Part shown: positions 23,881-37,044 of the stretch, piece after piece
Position numbering within the stretch: position 1 is the first letter of the stretch
How the letters are laid out: every line of letters starts with the position of its first letter
Assembly: GCF_009834535.1 (NCBI RefSeq)
Contig: NC_045731.1
Location: 14,384,001-14,448,000 of the forward strand
Direction: 5' to 3'
Origin: Camelus ferus
Lineage: Eukaryota
Length of the DNA stretch: 64,000 bases
Position numbers and translations under genes: made by a program
The notes under the pieces: generated by a model
Told to the model about the DNA's origin: nothing
What the model saw: the letters and a program-made list of their open reading frames with translations, nothing else
Databases searched by the model: none

Positions 23881-25259
23881 GGATTTTTTTCTGACATTTC
23901 TCCAGGAAGGAAATATATCAGATGTGTTTACTTATAAACATCAACATCAAAATTTACAGAATAAGCAATGAGCAAGTTTGACTGGATAATTTTCTTTTTA
24001 AAAAAGTAAACTTTTGCTTAATAAAAACTGCTTTTAATTATAATACTATCCAGTTATTCTAGGGTCTGCGAGAGTAATTTTAACTACAAAACAACTTTGC
24101 ACAGTGGTATGTCCTCACCAGGGCTGGCATACTGCCCTCTTGTAGATGGAGCCTGAAGGAATCAATGAACAAAGGAAGCAGCTTCTGTTTCCACATCCCT
24201 GTCCACAAGAATTGTGGTATCGGGTGTCACAGAATGCAAGCAGGTGATAGATCAAACCAGAAAAGGTAGCTCTGGGCATGTTGTTTGATCTCTAAAAATG
24301 TGTACTTAAAAATGAAGCCCCCTGGATTTTAGGTTTCTGAGCGCTGTGTTTTTTTCTTTTTTTCTCTGTTTACTTAGTTTTGTATCATTTATTCTCATGC
24401 TTTCACTCTACAAAATAAGTGCAACTCAAGCTCTTTCAAAGAAACCAGGACGTAAACGAACGCATCATTTTGACAGTGGAAAATGACAAAACATCCTTCA
24501 GAATCTCTCCATACTTGGCTGATAAATGAGCCACACCAAATGCAAATTCTAATACCAAGCCAAGACCAGTGATCGCAAGTGAGCCCATTCAGAACAGAAC
24601 GAGGAAGACAGCACGGGTGCTTGACGGTTAGTAAAAGGGAAGGACTGATTCTTTGTTGATTTGTAAAAAATGAGCAAGATGGAAAATGAGTTACATTGCA
24701 ACTTACAGCTCTCAGTTAATTACTTACTTACCCAAGCACCACTACAAAACGATGATTATGCAGCCTTTATTTCTAAATTAATTTCTAATTGCTTATTTTT
24801 TTCTAAAACAGGCAGTGTGAAAACTTTAAATCTACAGAAATTAGCGAAGTGTGTGTGTATATATATATACACACACACACATAAATATATAATGTGCATA
24901 AGACAAATTCAGACTTACCCCCTCTTTGCTTAACGTTATATTTTACCTAAAAATATTTAAAATAACTTAAGGATGTTTACCTAATTATAATGCTGTTTAT
25001 ATACATAAATGTGAATGATTACTATAAATGAGTCCTTAAAGCTTAATTTTAAAATTGATAAAAATGATCAGAAATCTCAGTAAAAGCCCCTACAATTTCA
25101 GAGAGAATGAGTCATTAGAAGCCTAACTTGTGCTATTACAGAGCTTTGGGGCTAAAAACATTTAGATCAATGAGGGAGGCATTGCTAGTTCTAGTAAGTA
25201 TAATACTCCCCTAGCTTTTCTGAGGAATCAAAACAAAACAAACAAACAAACCAGACAAG

Positions 25260-25535
25260 GTCATGTGACCCGTTCTGGTCTATGAAAAATGAACGAAGAT
25301 AACGATGTCACTTCAGGACCAAGGCAGTGTGAAGCCCTGTCCTGCAGGGGAATGTGGAAGCCCTGTTTTGAGACGGTGGAGCCACCACACTGAATCAGCC
25401 GGGTAAACAGCTATCTAGACAGTCTCCTCCCAGGACCTGCAGAAAAAATTCGTCAGGAAGAAATAAACTTCGTCGATGAATCCATCAAGATTTCAGCTGT
25501 GCCTGCAGCACAACCTCTCCTACTGACTCTAACAC
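25260..25535 (+). mobile_element. MaLR LTR relic (MLT1J/K-like)
   Basis: 'gagacggtggagccacc...aggaagaaataaacttc...ctactgactctaaca' resembles an MLT1 3' half. Confidence 0.55.
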
Positions 25536-26644
25536 CTCCTGCACATTCACAGCTCTGCTATCAATGTCTTCAGACATGGGGACCTACCTCTGAGCGATAG
25601 CTAGACTTCCAAAAGTTGCAAACTAAGTCTGAGTAGACTGTATAAAAATGCGCTATTCATTCCTTTATCATATCTGAGGTGCTTTATCCTGATTTCTGAT
25701 AGATCTTTACTGCATAATGAAACAAATGAACCCAAAGATTTTTTTTCTTACTCCAGGAAGGACATTTCACTTCATTATTTTTGTAATATGAATTCTTTAT
25801 TGGGTCTAATGACCAAAAACAGACAGTTTTCTCAATCATAGAGCAACAAGATTTACTTGTTCTAAGAGGTCAGGGAATTCGGAAGGGAAAAAAAAATACA
25901 AATCTAAGAAAACACAAGTAATTTTCCCATTAAAAATTGGAAGGTGTGCATTAAGTACGAGTGAGGCGTAGGTCCCTGGACACTCAGGAGATGGAGAAGA
26001 ATTCAGAGATCAACAAATGTTGCACCTCTAGCTGTGGAGGACGACACAAAGGCTGAAGTCAAGTTCTGAGACTTCTTCAGCTTCCTAGTTTAGTTCCTAT
26101 TGGGCCAAGGGGGTTGCTTCCATGTTGTTAACCAGCATTCATCCAAGCTCCCTTCTTTGCCTTGGTTGCCAGTAATCAATCTTTAAATAAGTGACCTAGA
26201 GTTTGTAGATGTGCAGGACCTTAAAGCATCATGTATTTGGCTCTACCTTAGTTTTTATTCAAATGCTTATGTCCCTTTCCTGAGCTTTCTCACTTCTTTT
26301 TTGTCTTATTCTTCCGTTTCATTATAAACCACTTCAAACGTTGCCTATAATTGGGTAGTTGTTAATAAATTAACAAATGAAATTACATACTTTCAAAGGC
26401 CCCTTTCAATTTTGACACTCTAGGGAATGTTTTTCCAGGCAATAAGAAGACTAAACATTTTAGGTATCAAGGTTGACTGCAAAATAACTTGCTCCTACGT
26501 ATGAGTCGCTGTAAAGCAATCAATCAGACAGAGCTCAGTCCTGTATCAGGACATCGTGATGATGAGCTACCAGCTTATAACTCACATACCCACTTTTTCA
26601 GAGTTTTTCTAGAGACACTGCTTTCATCCAAGACACATCCCTCA

Positions 26645-27159
26645 TGAGGCGGGAAGCCCCATAAAAAGACGGGCAGGACCAGGCAGGGCCACTACTCTCC
26701 TGCCAGCACCATCCGGTTCCCTGGCCCAGAGGCTCTATCTCACTTTTTGCCTCTAAAATGGCTTACTTATCCCTAAAGTTCTATTGGTTCCCTGAGCTCA
26801 CTCCTGATTGGTCATTTCTCTCACTCCTGATTGGCCCATTTCCCTCACTCTTGATCGGTTATTTCTCTCCTGATTGGTCCATTTCTACAAAGCTTCTTCC
26901 TAATTAGTCAACTTTTGTTATACCTTATTTGCATATGATGTTGCAAAGTGTAAACTGGCAGCCTGTAAAAGCCTGTGTAAACCTACAGATGGGGTCCAGA
27001 GCTCGGAGTGTTAACACCTCTGGGCCCGCCAGCGTAATAAACCTGAGTTCTCCAACTCTCGGAGTGCTGCTTGGTCTCTTGCCTGGATCCAGGTTGCTGT
27101 CACACTGAGCTGTAACACGGAATTATAACACTGAGCTGTAACACATTTTTTCTGCAACA
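26645..27159 (+). mobile_element. Gammaretrovirus-like (ERV1) solo LTR with tandem NF-Y boxes
   Basis: tgaggcgg...ctgcaaca with perfect 4-bp TSD ctca (26641-26644, 27160-27163). ATTGG repeats at 26783-26877, aataaa at 27036, duplicated 'acactgagctgtaacac' in U5. Confidence 0.9.
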
Positions 27160-27214
27160 CTCAGGGATGTAACATAAAATAATCAATAAGCAAGAAGTGA
27201 GAAGAATCTAGAGA

Positions 27215-27410
27215 TGGATTCCCTAGCTTCAAACTGGTAAATCAAACCATTTACAGAATCCTTGACCTTGAGCAAATTAATTGAACTTCACGTGTCAAAT
27301 GAGCATAATGACAAATGGAGAGTTCTTATTTGGGGAATATTACATGAGATAATAGAACAAAGTATGTAAAATGGTGCCTGGCACTGCTCAATAAATGTTA
27401 GCTCCCACTG
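27215..27410 (+). mobile_element. MIR relic
   Basis: 'gaccttgagcaaattaattgaacttc...aaatgagcataatgac...gtatgtaaaatggtgcctggcactgctcaataaatgttagct'. Confidence 0.7.
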
Positions 27411-27429
27411 TCAGTAGATTATGTCTCGG

Positions 27430-28430
27430 GTCTTTCTCTTTCATCCTGCATCTACCAGCAGCCTCCAGCAACTCACTCATGTGCCTTCAGTTGGTATTTG
27501 TAGAGAGACGCTCTAGCCCAGACATCCCTCCTGAGTCTGGACCTTAACATCAAGCCACCCACTAACCCACCTCCACTGGGCACCTGACCCCTAGGCACTC
27601 CGCCTCGCCATGTTCAGAACTGATTTCACCATCTCTATCAGTGTTGGCTTCTGTCTATTTTCTCTGTCTCAGTGAATGGTAACAACACCCCACCCACTCG
27701 GCTGCCCCGTGGGAAACCTGGGAGTCACTCCTGCCTCTTCCTCTTCCTCCCCTGCCCATGATATGCGACAGCCACTCATCAAAGCCTTGACAAGAGTCTC
27801 TCCTTGACCAAACTCCAGCCAGGCTCCTCTGAGCCCTCTCCTCGCCGAGGCTTCCACCTTGGCTGATAGAGACTTGAACAAACACTCATGTAGACTCAGA
27901 AGAGTTGAAGGCTGCCGAAAGAACTGACTGTCCCAGGCTACATCTGGACACAGGGCCCAGTCTCCCAGCCTCCGTAGGAGGGTAAAAGACTAACTTTGAC
28001 AAGCCCCAGTTAGCAAATCCAGATGGTTTCACATGGACCAATGCCCTCTTCGCACCTTGCATAATTTTCTGCTTCCCTGACTCCACTCCAGTCCCCGCCA
28101 TTTCCCCTCCTTGCTCCCTCATTTAAACACCAGTCACCTCTGCACAAGTCAGAATGAGGCTCAGTGCTTTCCCCACTGTCAGTCACTGAATCAAATCTGT
28201 TTTCACCACTTTAGCTAAGGTCCAGCTGTGTTTCTTTGATACCCTCTTGAGTCCAGCATCGAAGCTAAACACCACTCAGTTCCACCCGTGTCCTCCAGTC
28301 CTTGCTGCAGTTCTGGCCACCACTGACTCTCACCTGGATTCCTGCAGCAGCCCCTAGTCCTGCCTTCCTCCAACCCACTTTCTACACAGTGAAGACTGAT
28401 CGGTGCCCCCTGCACCCCTGTCTCAAAAGC
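27430..28430 (+). mobile_element. L2 relic split by a nested LTR (27788-28241)
   Basis: L2 motifs on both sides of the LTR ('ctccactgggcacctgacc...catgttcagaactga', 'ccaccactgactctcacctggattcctgcagcagcc'). Confidence 0.65.
27788..28241 (+). mobile_element. ERV1 (MER4-group-like) solo LTR
   Basis: Start 'tgacaagagtctctccttgaccaaactccagccaggctcctctgagccc' is typical of MER4-group LTRs. End 'gtgtttctttgata'; near-TSD gcct/ccct. Confidence 0.75.
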
Positions 28431-29274
28431 CCTCAGAAATAGCTTGCCCTTGCTCTCAGGATACTCTCTAAACTCTCTAAAGTAGTCCTGTGGGGAGAGA
28501 CGGAGAGAGAGAGAAAGAGAGAGACAAAAGATAATGAGACATCATGAAAAGATGAAGAATGGGAGACACCAAAATTAGTAGCACTTTTCTATAGGACCCA
28601 GCGGCATTTCCCCAACTGCTCCCCTACAGTAACTGCTCCACCAGCATCTGTGATCTGCTGGGCAGGCAAGACCCGGAAGCAAATGCCCAGATTTGAAACC
28701 AAATTTTGTCTTCCCTAATGTCCCACATAAGCCCTACTAGACTGGTAACAGATTGATACCTATTGCACCCGAGCCAAAAAAAAAAAATATATATATATAT
28801 ACAGGTACCTAGTTATTAAGGCTTTGGATGGCTTGAGCCTCAGGAGGACTGATGAGGGTAGGGGCAGTGTCCCCTGATGAGAGTCATTGCTCTACAGGAT
28901 TCACGGCCAGAGAACAATCCAGTCCTCCCAACACAGCTCAGATGCAAACCTCTGACCATCAAAGGTGACAGATAAAATTGGCTCAACCCTCAAGTCGCTA
29001 ACAAATCCCCAAAAAAGGAAGTGGGAAGGGTCGCAGATACCGGGAAGTCCAGGGCACCCTGATAAATAGCTGTGGTGGGGCTCCTCCCACCCAACTCTGA
29101 CTCAAGAAATCTATGCAGGACAAATATACAATCAAAATGTATGGTCTGGTTACCTGAGTCTCACTGTTAAGAAATGAATACAAATAAACTCCCTGCAATG
29201 AAAACAGTCCTTCTCTTCCAGAAGGACAAACAAAATGAGTCTCGGTGGTGCACTTCTTTCTGGAAGAGAAGGAC

Positions 29275-29570
29275 TGTTTTCACTGCAGGGGATTTATCTG
29301 TGTGGTTACCAAAGGGGAAAGGGCGTGGGAGGGATAAATCAGGGGTCTCGGATTAACAGATACACATTATTATATAAAAAGTAGGTAAATAACATGGACC
29401 TACTGTATAGCACAACAACTATATTCAATTTCTTGTGGTAGACTATAATGGAAAAGAATCTGAAAACATGTATGTATGTGTATAACTGAATCCCTCTGGT
29501 GTACACCTGAAACTAACATTGTAAATCAACTACACGTCGTTAAAAAATAAAAATTAAAAAATAAAAATAA
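29275..29570 (+). mobile_element. L1 3' end fragment
   Basis: 'ggttaccaaaggggaaagg...gggataaatcagggg...cctactgtatagcaca...tgtaaatcaactacac' plus an A-rich tail. Confidence 0.88.
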
Positions 29571-30139
29571 ATAGTCTCAGTGGTATAATCGTTAACCTGA
29601 TATGAACTTCAATGAGGACTTGTTCACATGGAACAAGGAATCAGAGGGGACTTGACATTCTTTAGTTTGGGCCTGAGTCACCTCCTGCCGTGTTTCATTG
29701 TACTGTCAGCTGGGGACTCCTTGTATGCACCCCTTCCCTCCCCTGCACTCACCCAGGGCTGAGCACTTGGCAGGTGCCTGGTAAAGACCTGTAGATAAGC
29801 TGAATCAGGGCTGAATGGACACAACTCCTTCTGACCAGATAGTTTTTCACAGGCTGGCAAAGCTAACTGAGTCTGAAAGCACAGAAAAGTATAAAGAGAA
29901 ATCAAAAGAAAAGAAAAATAACCTAGGAAGACACAAAGAATTTTAACATTTTTAAAAAGGGCTATATTTTAGGTTTCCAACAGAGAAAAACCTACACTTA
30001 TTTCCCCAACAGGTGTGAGTCTCCTTGTATTATTACTAGCGATAATGCATATAGTTTAAAAAATTATTGATGTTAGAACAAAATTATTTTCTCTAAGGAA
30101 AGAATGATCCCAAATCCAGTTTTATAGTATATATATGGT

Positions 30140-30682
30140 AATGCTAAAAACAGACACATCTAATGGAAGCAACCTGTGTCCACTGACAGATGAATGGATA
30201 AAGAAGCAGTGGCATATATATATACAGTGGAATACTACTCAGCCATAAAAAAGAATGGAATAATGCCATTGCAGCAACACAGATGGATCTGGAGGTTGTC
30301 ATACGAAGTGAAGTAAGCCAGAAAGAGAGAGGAAAATACCATATGATATCAATTATATGTGGAATCAAAAAAACTGACACAAATGAACTTATTTATAAAA
30401 CACAGACAGACTCACAGACACAGAAAACAAACTTATGGTTACAAAGAGGAAAGGGGAGGGTTGAGGGATAAATTGGGAATTCGGGATTTGCAGAAACTAA
30501 CCAGTATATATAAAACAGATAAAACAAGAAAATCCTACTGTAGAGCACAGGGAACTGTATTTAGTATCTTGTAATAGCCCATAATGAAAAAGAATATATA
30601 TACATGTAGAGCTGAGTCACTATGCTGTACCCCAGAAACTAACACGACATTGCAAACCTACTATATTGCAATTAAAAAAACA
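30140..30682 (+). mobile_element. L1 3' end (ORF2 tail/3'UTR)
   Basis: 'cagatgaatggataaagaag...ggaatactactcagccataaaaaagaatgg...gaagtaagccag...' is a canonical L1 3' region. Confidence 0.93.
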
Positions 30683-30699
30683 GACACAACTAGATGCGG

Positions 30700-30875
30700 C
30701 CTGTTGATACTGTGGCCCGTTGTGGGGCTCTCACACTCTGTGGGGTGCTCAGCAGCATCCCTCGTCTCTGTCCACGAGGCGCCAGAAGTGCTCCTCCCCC
30801 CTCCATCTGGAACCAAATCTACCTCCCGACATCGCCAGACGTCCCCTGAGATGCCCAGCTGCCCCCGGGTCTACA
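30700..30875 (-). mobile_element. MER20 (hAT-Charlie) relic
   Basis: 'tgtggggctctcacactctgtggggtgctcagcagcatccct...gacatcgccagacgtcccctga' matches the reverse of the MER20 body. Confidence 0.75.
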
Positions 30876-31039
30876 TGACAATTCCATCACTCACATCAAA
30901 GGAGGGCAGGAAGCGGAGCGTGTCTGTGTGTGCGTGACGGCGTGCTCACCGCTCATGCGTTTATAGAGTTAAATAAATTAGCGGATAAGTTATCCCCAAT
31001 TATTTAATCAGTGCCTTCTAGTAATAAAGTTCCGGAAAA

Positions 31040-32000
31040 CATTGCTTTAAACGCACCGAGAGCACCGAAAGGCCACGCACTTCTACTGTGCGCATCAGAA
31101 CGCCAAAACCACAGGGCGGAGCAAAACTCTGGTTCCTCCACAGCGGACCAGCAGAGGAGCCGGTGTGTAACCAAGGGAACCATGGCGTGTGTAAGCAGCA
31201 GTCTGGTCCCAGCGCAAGGCAGGAAGCCACAGTGCCCAGTGCAGCACTGGCCGGGAAGCCTTTGCCTTTTTTCCTTCAAGAGGACAAGCGAGGCTGACCT
31301 CTGCGGCGCGCTGCCGTCGCCCGAGGGGCGCGCGCGCTGACCGCACACTCTGCGCCTACAAGCGAGCGCCCTCCCCGCCCCCCGGGGGTTGTCGGCTCTT
31401 CCGTGGCGCATTTCACCTTCGGAAATAATCTGCTAGACCTTCAGAGCTTTACTCTCTGCGAACTGGGGTAAGATTCTTCTCAGGGTCAGTGTTAGGTTAA
31501 CATGTCCTGACCCTGGACCTGTGCCTGATACAGAACACTCAGTAAATGCTTATGACGTTGAAAATGCATGGACGGGACAAAAGAATACAAGAAAGTGCTC
31601 ATCCACCGGCCAACTAGTTCTTGAACTTGTGCTGATGAAGAGACCTGAAGCGGCACGTCTGTCGTCCGACAGAGCAAGAGGGGGCTCTCCTGAACGCAGA
31701 CACGCCTACTCTCAGCTCAGCAACCACGACGGCGCCCTCCGCGGCGCCGGGCGGTGCGCGCTCGGTCCTGACTCAGTTCCCAGGGTGCAGGCGTCTGCGG
31801 TTTAAGTCCTGTTCACTCACCGTCCATCTCTCGCGCAGCTGGCCGGACTTTCTTCTCCAGCTTTAGTGAGGAGCAGCGAGCAAAAAGCCTTGTTACACCA
31901 GAGATAACGCATTCATCATACGTACCCGGAATGATGAAAGAAACACGCTCACAGCCGAGTAAGCCTTACACAGTTTCCCCTCGCGCATCGGAAGGGCGAA
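31040..32000. promoter_or_regulatory. CpG-rich region / candidate orphan CpG island
   Basis: Dense CpGs at 31281-31420 and 31720-31860 (e.g. 'ggcgcgctgccgtcgcccgaggggcgcgcgc', 'ccgcggcgccgggcggtgcgcgc'). No associated gene recognised. Confidence 0.55.
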
Positions 32001-32029
32001 CAGCAACACTCGGAATGACTCAGTGGTGA

Positions 32030-32190
32030 AGAACTGCTTAGAACCCGGCTCCAGGGGAATGAAGCCGGGGCGGAGGCCCCCGTCTGGGTCAAACTCAGAC
32101 TCAGTTTGTTCCCTTAGGGAAGTGACTTCTTACTTATTGCAGACGATTCACATGTGTGCTCTGTATCTCCTGCGGGGTGCTCTAAGGATA
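32030..32190 (+). mobile_element. MIR relic
   Basis: 'gggaagtgacttct...ctcagtttg...gctctaaggatagaaaataa'; degenerate. Confidence 0.5.
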
Positions 32191-32194
32191 GAAA

Positions 32195-32635
32195 ATAAGG
32201 CATCGCCCACACCCTCCTCTTCACTCACTCTGCTGCAGCCTCACCGGACTTCCTGCTGCTCCTGAGCACCCTGGGCCTCAGGGCCTTGGCACCTGCCGTC
32301 CCCTCTGCCTGCCCTGACGCCCCCCCGCCCAGACATCTGCATGCAAGGTCGCCCCAGCGCTGCCTTTCGGAGCTACGGGACCTGAATCGCAGCTTCAGTC
32401 CTGACGCCCTGTGTGCTCAGTGTGGCTCCTTTCCGGCTTTGTTTCTCCTTAGTCATTTTACTATATGACACTACAGGTGTCGCACTTCTTTGTATTTTTC
32501 CTCATTCGTTTCCCACACTGAAACAGAAGCTCCCGACAATAGGAATTTTTGTCCATTTTGTTCAGCTTCTGCCTGAAAGAGTGCTTGACACAGAGTAGGC
32601 CTTCAATTACCATCTGTTCAAAAACACAAGTGAAT
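32195..32635 (+). mobile_element. L2 3' relic
   Basis: 'cactctgctgcagcctcaccggacttcctgctgctcctgagcac...gccttggcacctgccgtcccctctgcctg...gtgcttgacacagagtaggccttcaat'. Confidence 0.75.
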
Positions 32636-34540
32636 TAAGTCTGATAAATAACATTACTCAGAAAAAAATAACTCCTTCCAACTTCCAACTCTCCTTTGGC
32701 TGTGAATTAATTGTGTAGAGGAATAAGAATTTAATTTAAGCGTGGCCAGTCTGAGATTTGGTTAGAGACAAGAAATCATTTTGGTAGCAGAAGTAGGCAT
32801 GCCAAGGGCCAGCATTATGGTCAAGTTCTATGTCTTAAGGCACAAAGAAAGTGGTACCCGAAATAAGAATGTGTTGATCCCTCTGTACTTGGAAAGTCCA
32901 CAGAAATCTATTTGCAGCTACGGGGCAACCAGCATGTGGTCTTCTTCATGCAAGGACTGGGCTCTATCTTTAGTCAGTTCTTCTAGTTCACCTTCACAGG
33001 CAGGTTTCTATCATTATCCCCATTTACAGATTGGTAAACTGAGGGCGTGATAAAGAAACCAGCTTAAATAAATTTCCCAAAGTGATAAAGCTTTATAATT
33101 TTTACTTATTTTCATCTGAGTATAGAACGACTCTTGTTAACAAGCTCAGATTTAAAAAAATAAAAAAATAAATAAATCTCGGTTCTGCCACTTTCTCACC
33201 ATCTGGCCTCAAGCAACTTATTTCATCTTCGTGACCCTTTTGTCTGCGCCTCAACATGGAAGGCCCAGCAGCAACTACAGCTTGGAAACACCCGAAAGAT
33301 AGCAGCTCTTAGTACCTGCTGGTGTCTCTGCAGCTCTCAGCGCTTCCTCAAGGCCACCTTCACTTCAGGAGACACCTGCCCCTTCCAGAGCACAGGCAAC
33401 AGCCTCATGCCTGCCCCCCTTTGCATATGCAGCCTAAAGCGAGGGCTAGCTTCCACCCCGGATTTCAATCAGAACAGGGAAAATACATTTAAAAAGAGAA
33501 AGGGAGATGAAAATATCTGAATTTGAAAGAAAGTGCCAAAAACATAAGAAGGACAGTAATCTTTTAGCATTTACATGAAAAGGAAAATAGAGACTTTATT
33601 TTAGGGCAATTAAAAAAAAAAGATTTTTTTTTCTCTTTTGAATTAAGCTGCCACGTGGCCTCTCATTCGTTCTCTCTCTCTTTCTCTCAATGGAAATTTG
33701 AAATGGGAAAGTTTCCCAAATAATTTTAGATCAATCATGAGTTCATGTGGCTTTGACATCATAAATCCTGTCATGTTACCATGCCAACAGGCAGTGAGGA
33801 GCTCAAAGCTTTCCAAAGATATGGAAATGATGGGCTTAGATGTGATTCAGTTCTCCGCGGGGTGAACACTAACAGCATCACGGGCTATAGATAGCAAAGG
33901 CGACCATTGCACCCTCTCACCCACTCTCCCTTGTTTCTTTCAGTGGGCACTGAAAATACACGATCTATTTTGGAAACAAAACCTGAAGATCCACTTTCCT
34001 AAGTGGACGCCCTGCATGTAATAAAAAGGTACATGACTCTTTTTCACATGCCTCTCGGAATGAACTCCCGTGTTAACCTAGACAGCCCCAGCTCTCACTC
34101 CACGTGTAACCTAACCCCCCATATCCAATTTCTACTCCTTCATTAGCACCCAAAGGTAAGGATGTGTGTGTGTGTGAGCACCCTCTCCCTATGCTGCGGA
34201 AAGCATGTAAGTCAAAGTGCCTAAAATAAAGAAGTGTGCATCCCAGAAATTAGAAAGGAGTGTACTTTGGTCATGGAAGCTCTTAAAAATACCCACAGCG
34301 TGAACAGCCAACTCGCCCAATGTGTGGTGTGTTTCTGTCCACCACTCTCGCCGGTCAGCTTGGCTTTGTTTTTATGTTTGTTTCTGTCTGAACTTCGGGG
34401 GAAACAGGTGCCACTGCAGAGCAGAAGCAGGAGCTGTATCTTCTCCGTCTCGACTACACTGCTGAAGAGATGGTGACATGTACACTTCATCTACTCTTTG
34501 ACGATTGTAAAACACATTAAAAAATGTTTTGCTGTCTTTT

Positions 34541-34985
34541 TGTGGTAGATTCTTAACTTCAAATCATCCCTGCGAACCGTGCCTGCTAGCATTCCCACCC
34601 ACAGGCGGTCCCCTCCCTTGACTCTGGCCAGTCCCGTCACCTGCTTTAACCAAAGGACAATTTGGAAGTCGTGCTGCGCCAGTTTGGAGCCTCCACCTTA
34701 AGAAGTCCTGGTGTCCCCTGCCTTTATGCTTTAAGAAGCCCAGACTAGCCCTGGGGAGAGGCTACGTAGGGAGCACTGAGGCCACCAACCAACAGCCCCA
34801 GGTGAGAACTAAGCCAGCGGCCACAGCCACCTTCCAGCCATGGAGGCAAGGTCACCTTGGATGGGGACCCTGGGCCCAGCAGTGCTGCCCTGACTGACAC
34901 ACAGATGAACTGTCCCCGCCAACCGCTCTCCAAACTGCAGAGCTGTGGTTATTTTAAGTTTGGGGAAAGTGTGTTTCATGAAACG
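34541..34985 (+). mobile_element. MaLR LTR (MLT1F/G/H-like)
   Basis: 'tgtggtagattc...cccctcccttgactctggcc...agaagcccagactagcc...aaactgcagagctgtggttattttaagtttgggg'. Confidence 0.75.
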
Positions 34986-35029
34986 ACGGGACCAGGAGTA
35001 TCACGCATTTATTAGTGAGGAAGACGTGC

Positions 35030-35210
35030 AGGAAGACAAACCTGGGTTCAGAGCCCTCCTGCCTTCCTTCGGTGTGATGTAGGGCAGAATATTAAAGCCC
35101 CATCTCCCACGCCGGAAAAGGAGGGGAACAGTAGCACCGAATTCCTTGGCGGCGGAGGGGGAGGGGTCATCGAGGGCACTCGTGTGAAGTCCTAGACACG
35201 CTCCTACCCA
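35030..35210 (+). mobile_element. MIR relic
   Basis: 'aagacaaacctgggttcagagccctcctgcc...gtgatgtagggcag...ccccatctcccacg'. Confidence 0.55.
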
Positions 35211-35477
35211 AGGCTAACCGTGCAGCGGACACGGACTAGCACGAACCCTGTTCTCCTAGGCATTATGGACCTAACAGAAGTGCACTTTCGAGTAAAATGC
35301 CACTGAATCCAGGAAGCAAGGCATATATGTGCAAAACAAAGAATATTATAAGAGAGGATTATCACATTCATGGTGATACAATTTTACACGTGTGCCTTGT
35401 GGAAGGGACAAGATGAGGTCCAAGAAAGCCTATTTCCAAGTGGAAGGGGAGGGGAGGACCATACCTATGCACTTCTT

Positions 35478-35612
35478 TTTTTTTTTTTTTTTTTTTCCTT
35501 TTTTTAATTGAAGACTAGTCAGTTGACAATTTTGTGTCAATTTCTGGTGAACAGCATAATGCTTCAGTCATCTGTACATATACCTATGATTCTTTTTCAT
35601 TATAAGTTACTG
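35478..35612 (-). mobile_element. Short L1 3' end, reverse orientation
   Basis: poly(T) followed by 'ttaattgaagactagtcagttgacaat...gtgtcaatttctggtg...gattctttttcattataagttac'. Confidence 0.8.
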
Positions 35613-37044
35613 CATTTCTTTTTGAATTTAGCAAAAAATGCTCATCAAAGGCACAGAGGAGTAAAAGTCACATCTGTCATTCTTATTAGTCAGTCTTCAA
35701 CCAACGGATAATAACACGTGAAGGAACTCCACGTGGGGCGGCCTAAAGTCCCCAGCATCTCACACGTTTTCAAACAGAAGAAACTTGAAATATTGGGCCA
35801 GTGCTCCCAGCCCAGTATCAGTCAGACCCCAGAAGCCACATGTGCAAATGTCCTTGCTAAATTGATAGAATCCAGGAAGAAGTCCAAGAACGACCACAGA
35901 TGCATTAGCCTCGGGGAGAAATCGCACTGTTAAATCACACAACCACCTCGAGTCTTCCCCTCGCCGAGGGGCAATTCCTGCCACACTCCCAGGCACCCCC
36001 CCCCCATGTGTGACTTTCAGTTTTTTTAGATGTTGACACTTACATTTCACATTTAGCTTTCATCAAAGGATGAAAGGATGTCAAATTGCTTTGCTCACAG
36101 TAATTTACCGGAACCCTCAATTCTCCAGCATGGCCTGCCACTTATTATTTTTGCATCTAATACCTAACAGAATAGAATTCCTAGGGAAACTCTCCCAGTT
36201 GCAAATAGAAGGTGATGATATACTTAACTTAGATGTTGTGAATCCAGGAATAATTTTCCTTTTCTCTATAAGCAGCAAAACATCCAGCCCTGCAGGCAGC
36301 AGTGATGGCCACCTTGGTCCATTCAGGGTAGAGAAGAGGAGACTAAGAGGCCGAGTGTTTACTGACTACATTACAACATGCACCCTAGAAGACCAGGTAT
36401 GTTTGGAATTGTGTTCCAGAAGAAAGACAGGTACTCGAATACAGTAAGCATGGATAGAATTTCTTCCCCAAAGCATTTCTGAAAAGAGGTCTCCAGCAGC
36501 CTCATGTCAATAGAATGGAAGTTCACCCATGGTCCGGCAAGATGCTGGCATGGCTGTGAAGCCCACTGGTTGTTGGGGGAGCCTTTCCACCTTGCCTCCC
36601 CTCACCGCCTTCCTCCTGTTCCTGGCAGTCCCCTCTCTCACCCGAATTCTTTCTCTGGGCTGCTTTTACTAGAAGCATCATTCATTCACCAAGCCCCATG
36701 AAGGGACTTCGTTCAGGAGGGCCTAAACTCTTGCCACTTTGAGGAGCATTCATATTTGCTGTAGAAACCCAAACCTTTCACAAACTCAGACAAAGTCGCA
36801 GCAGAATACCAGTCACTTTCCAGTTAGTAAGTTATTTCCACCTACTCTGAGGCTAATTCTTGCTCATGCCAAATAAATGTACGCACCTGTCAGTAAAACC
36901 ACAATTTGGCATGGTGTGTAATCTTGGAAACCGTAAAGCCAGGACAATACCTTGCGCTGATTTTTAAACCTTGAACATCTGTCACATTTTAGTTGACTGG
37001 AAACAGAGATGAATACCGTGTTTTCAATAATCACTAGACACGAG

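Noticed and set aside
26775-26885. CRISPR-like or other repeat-spacer array
   Set aside because: Eukaryotic LTR U3 tandem enhancer repeats with no unique spacers.
31004-31411. Overlapping ORFs in the CpG-rich region as coding exons
   Set aside because: Several frames on both strands are open because of high GC, and none resembles a protein I recognise.
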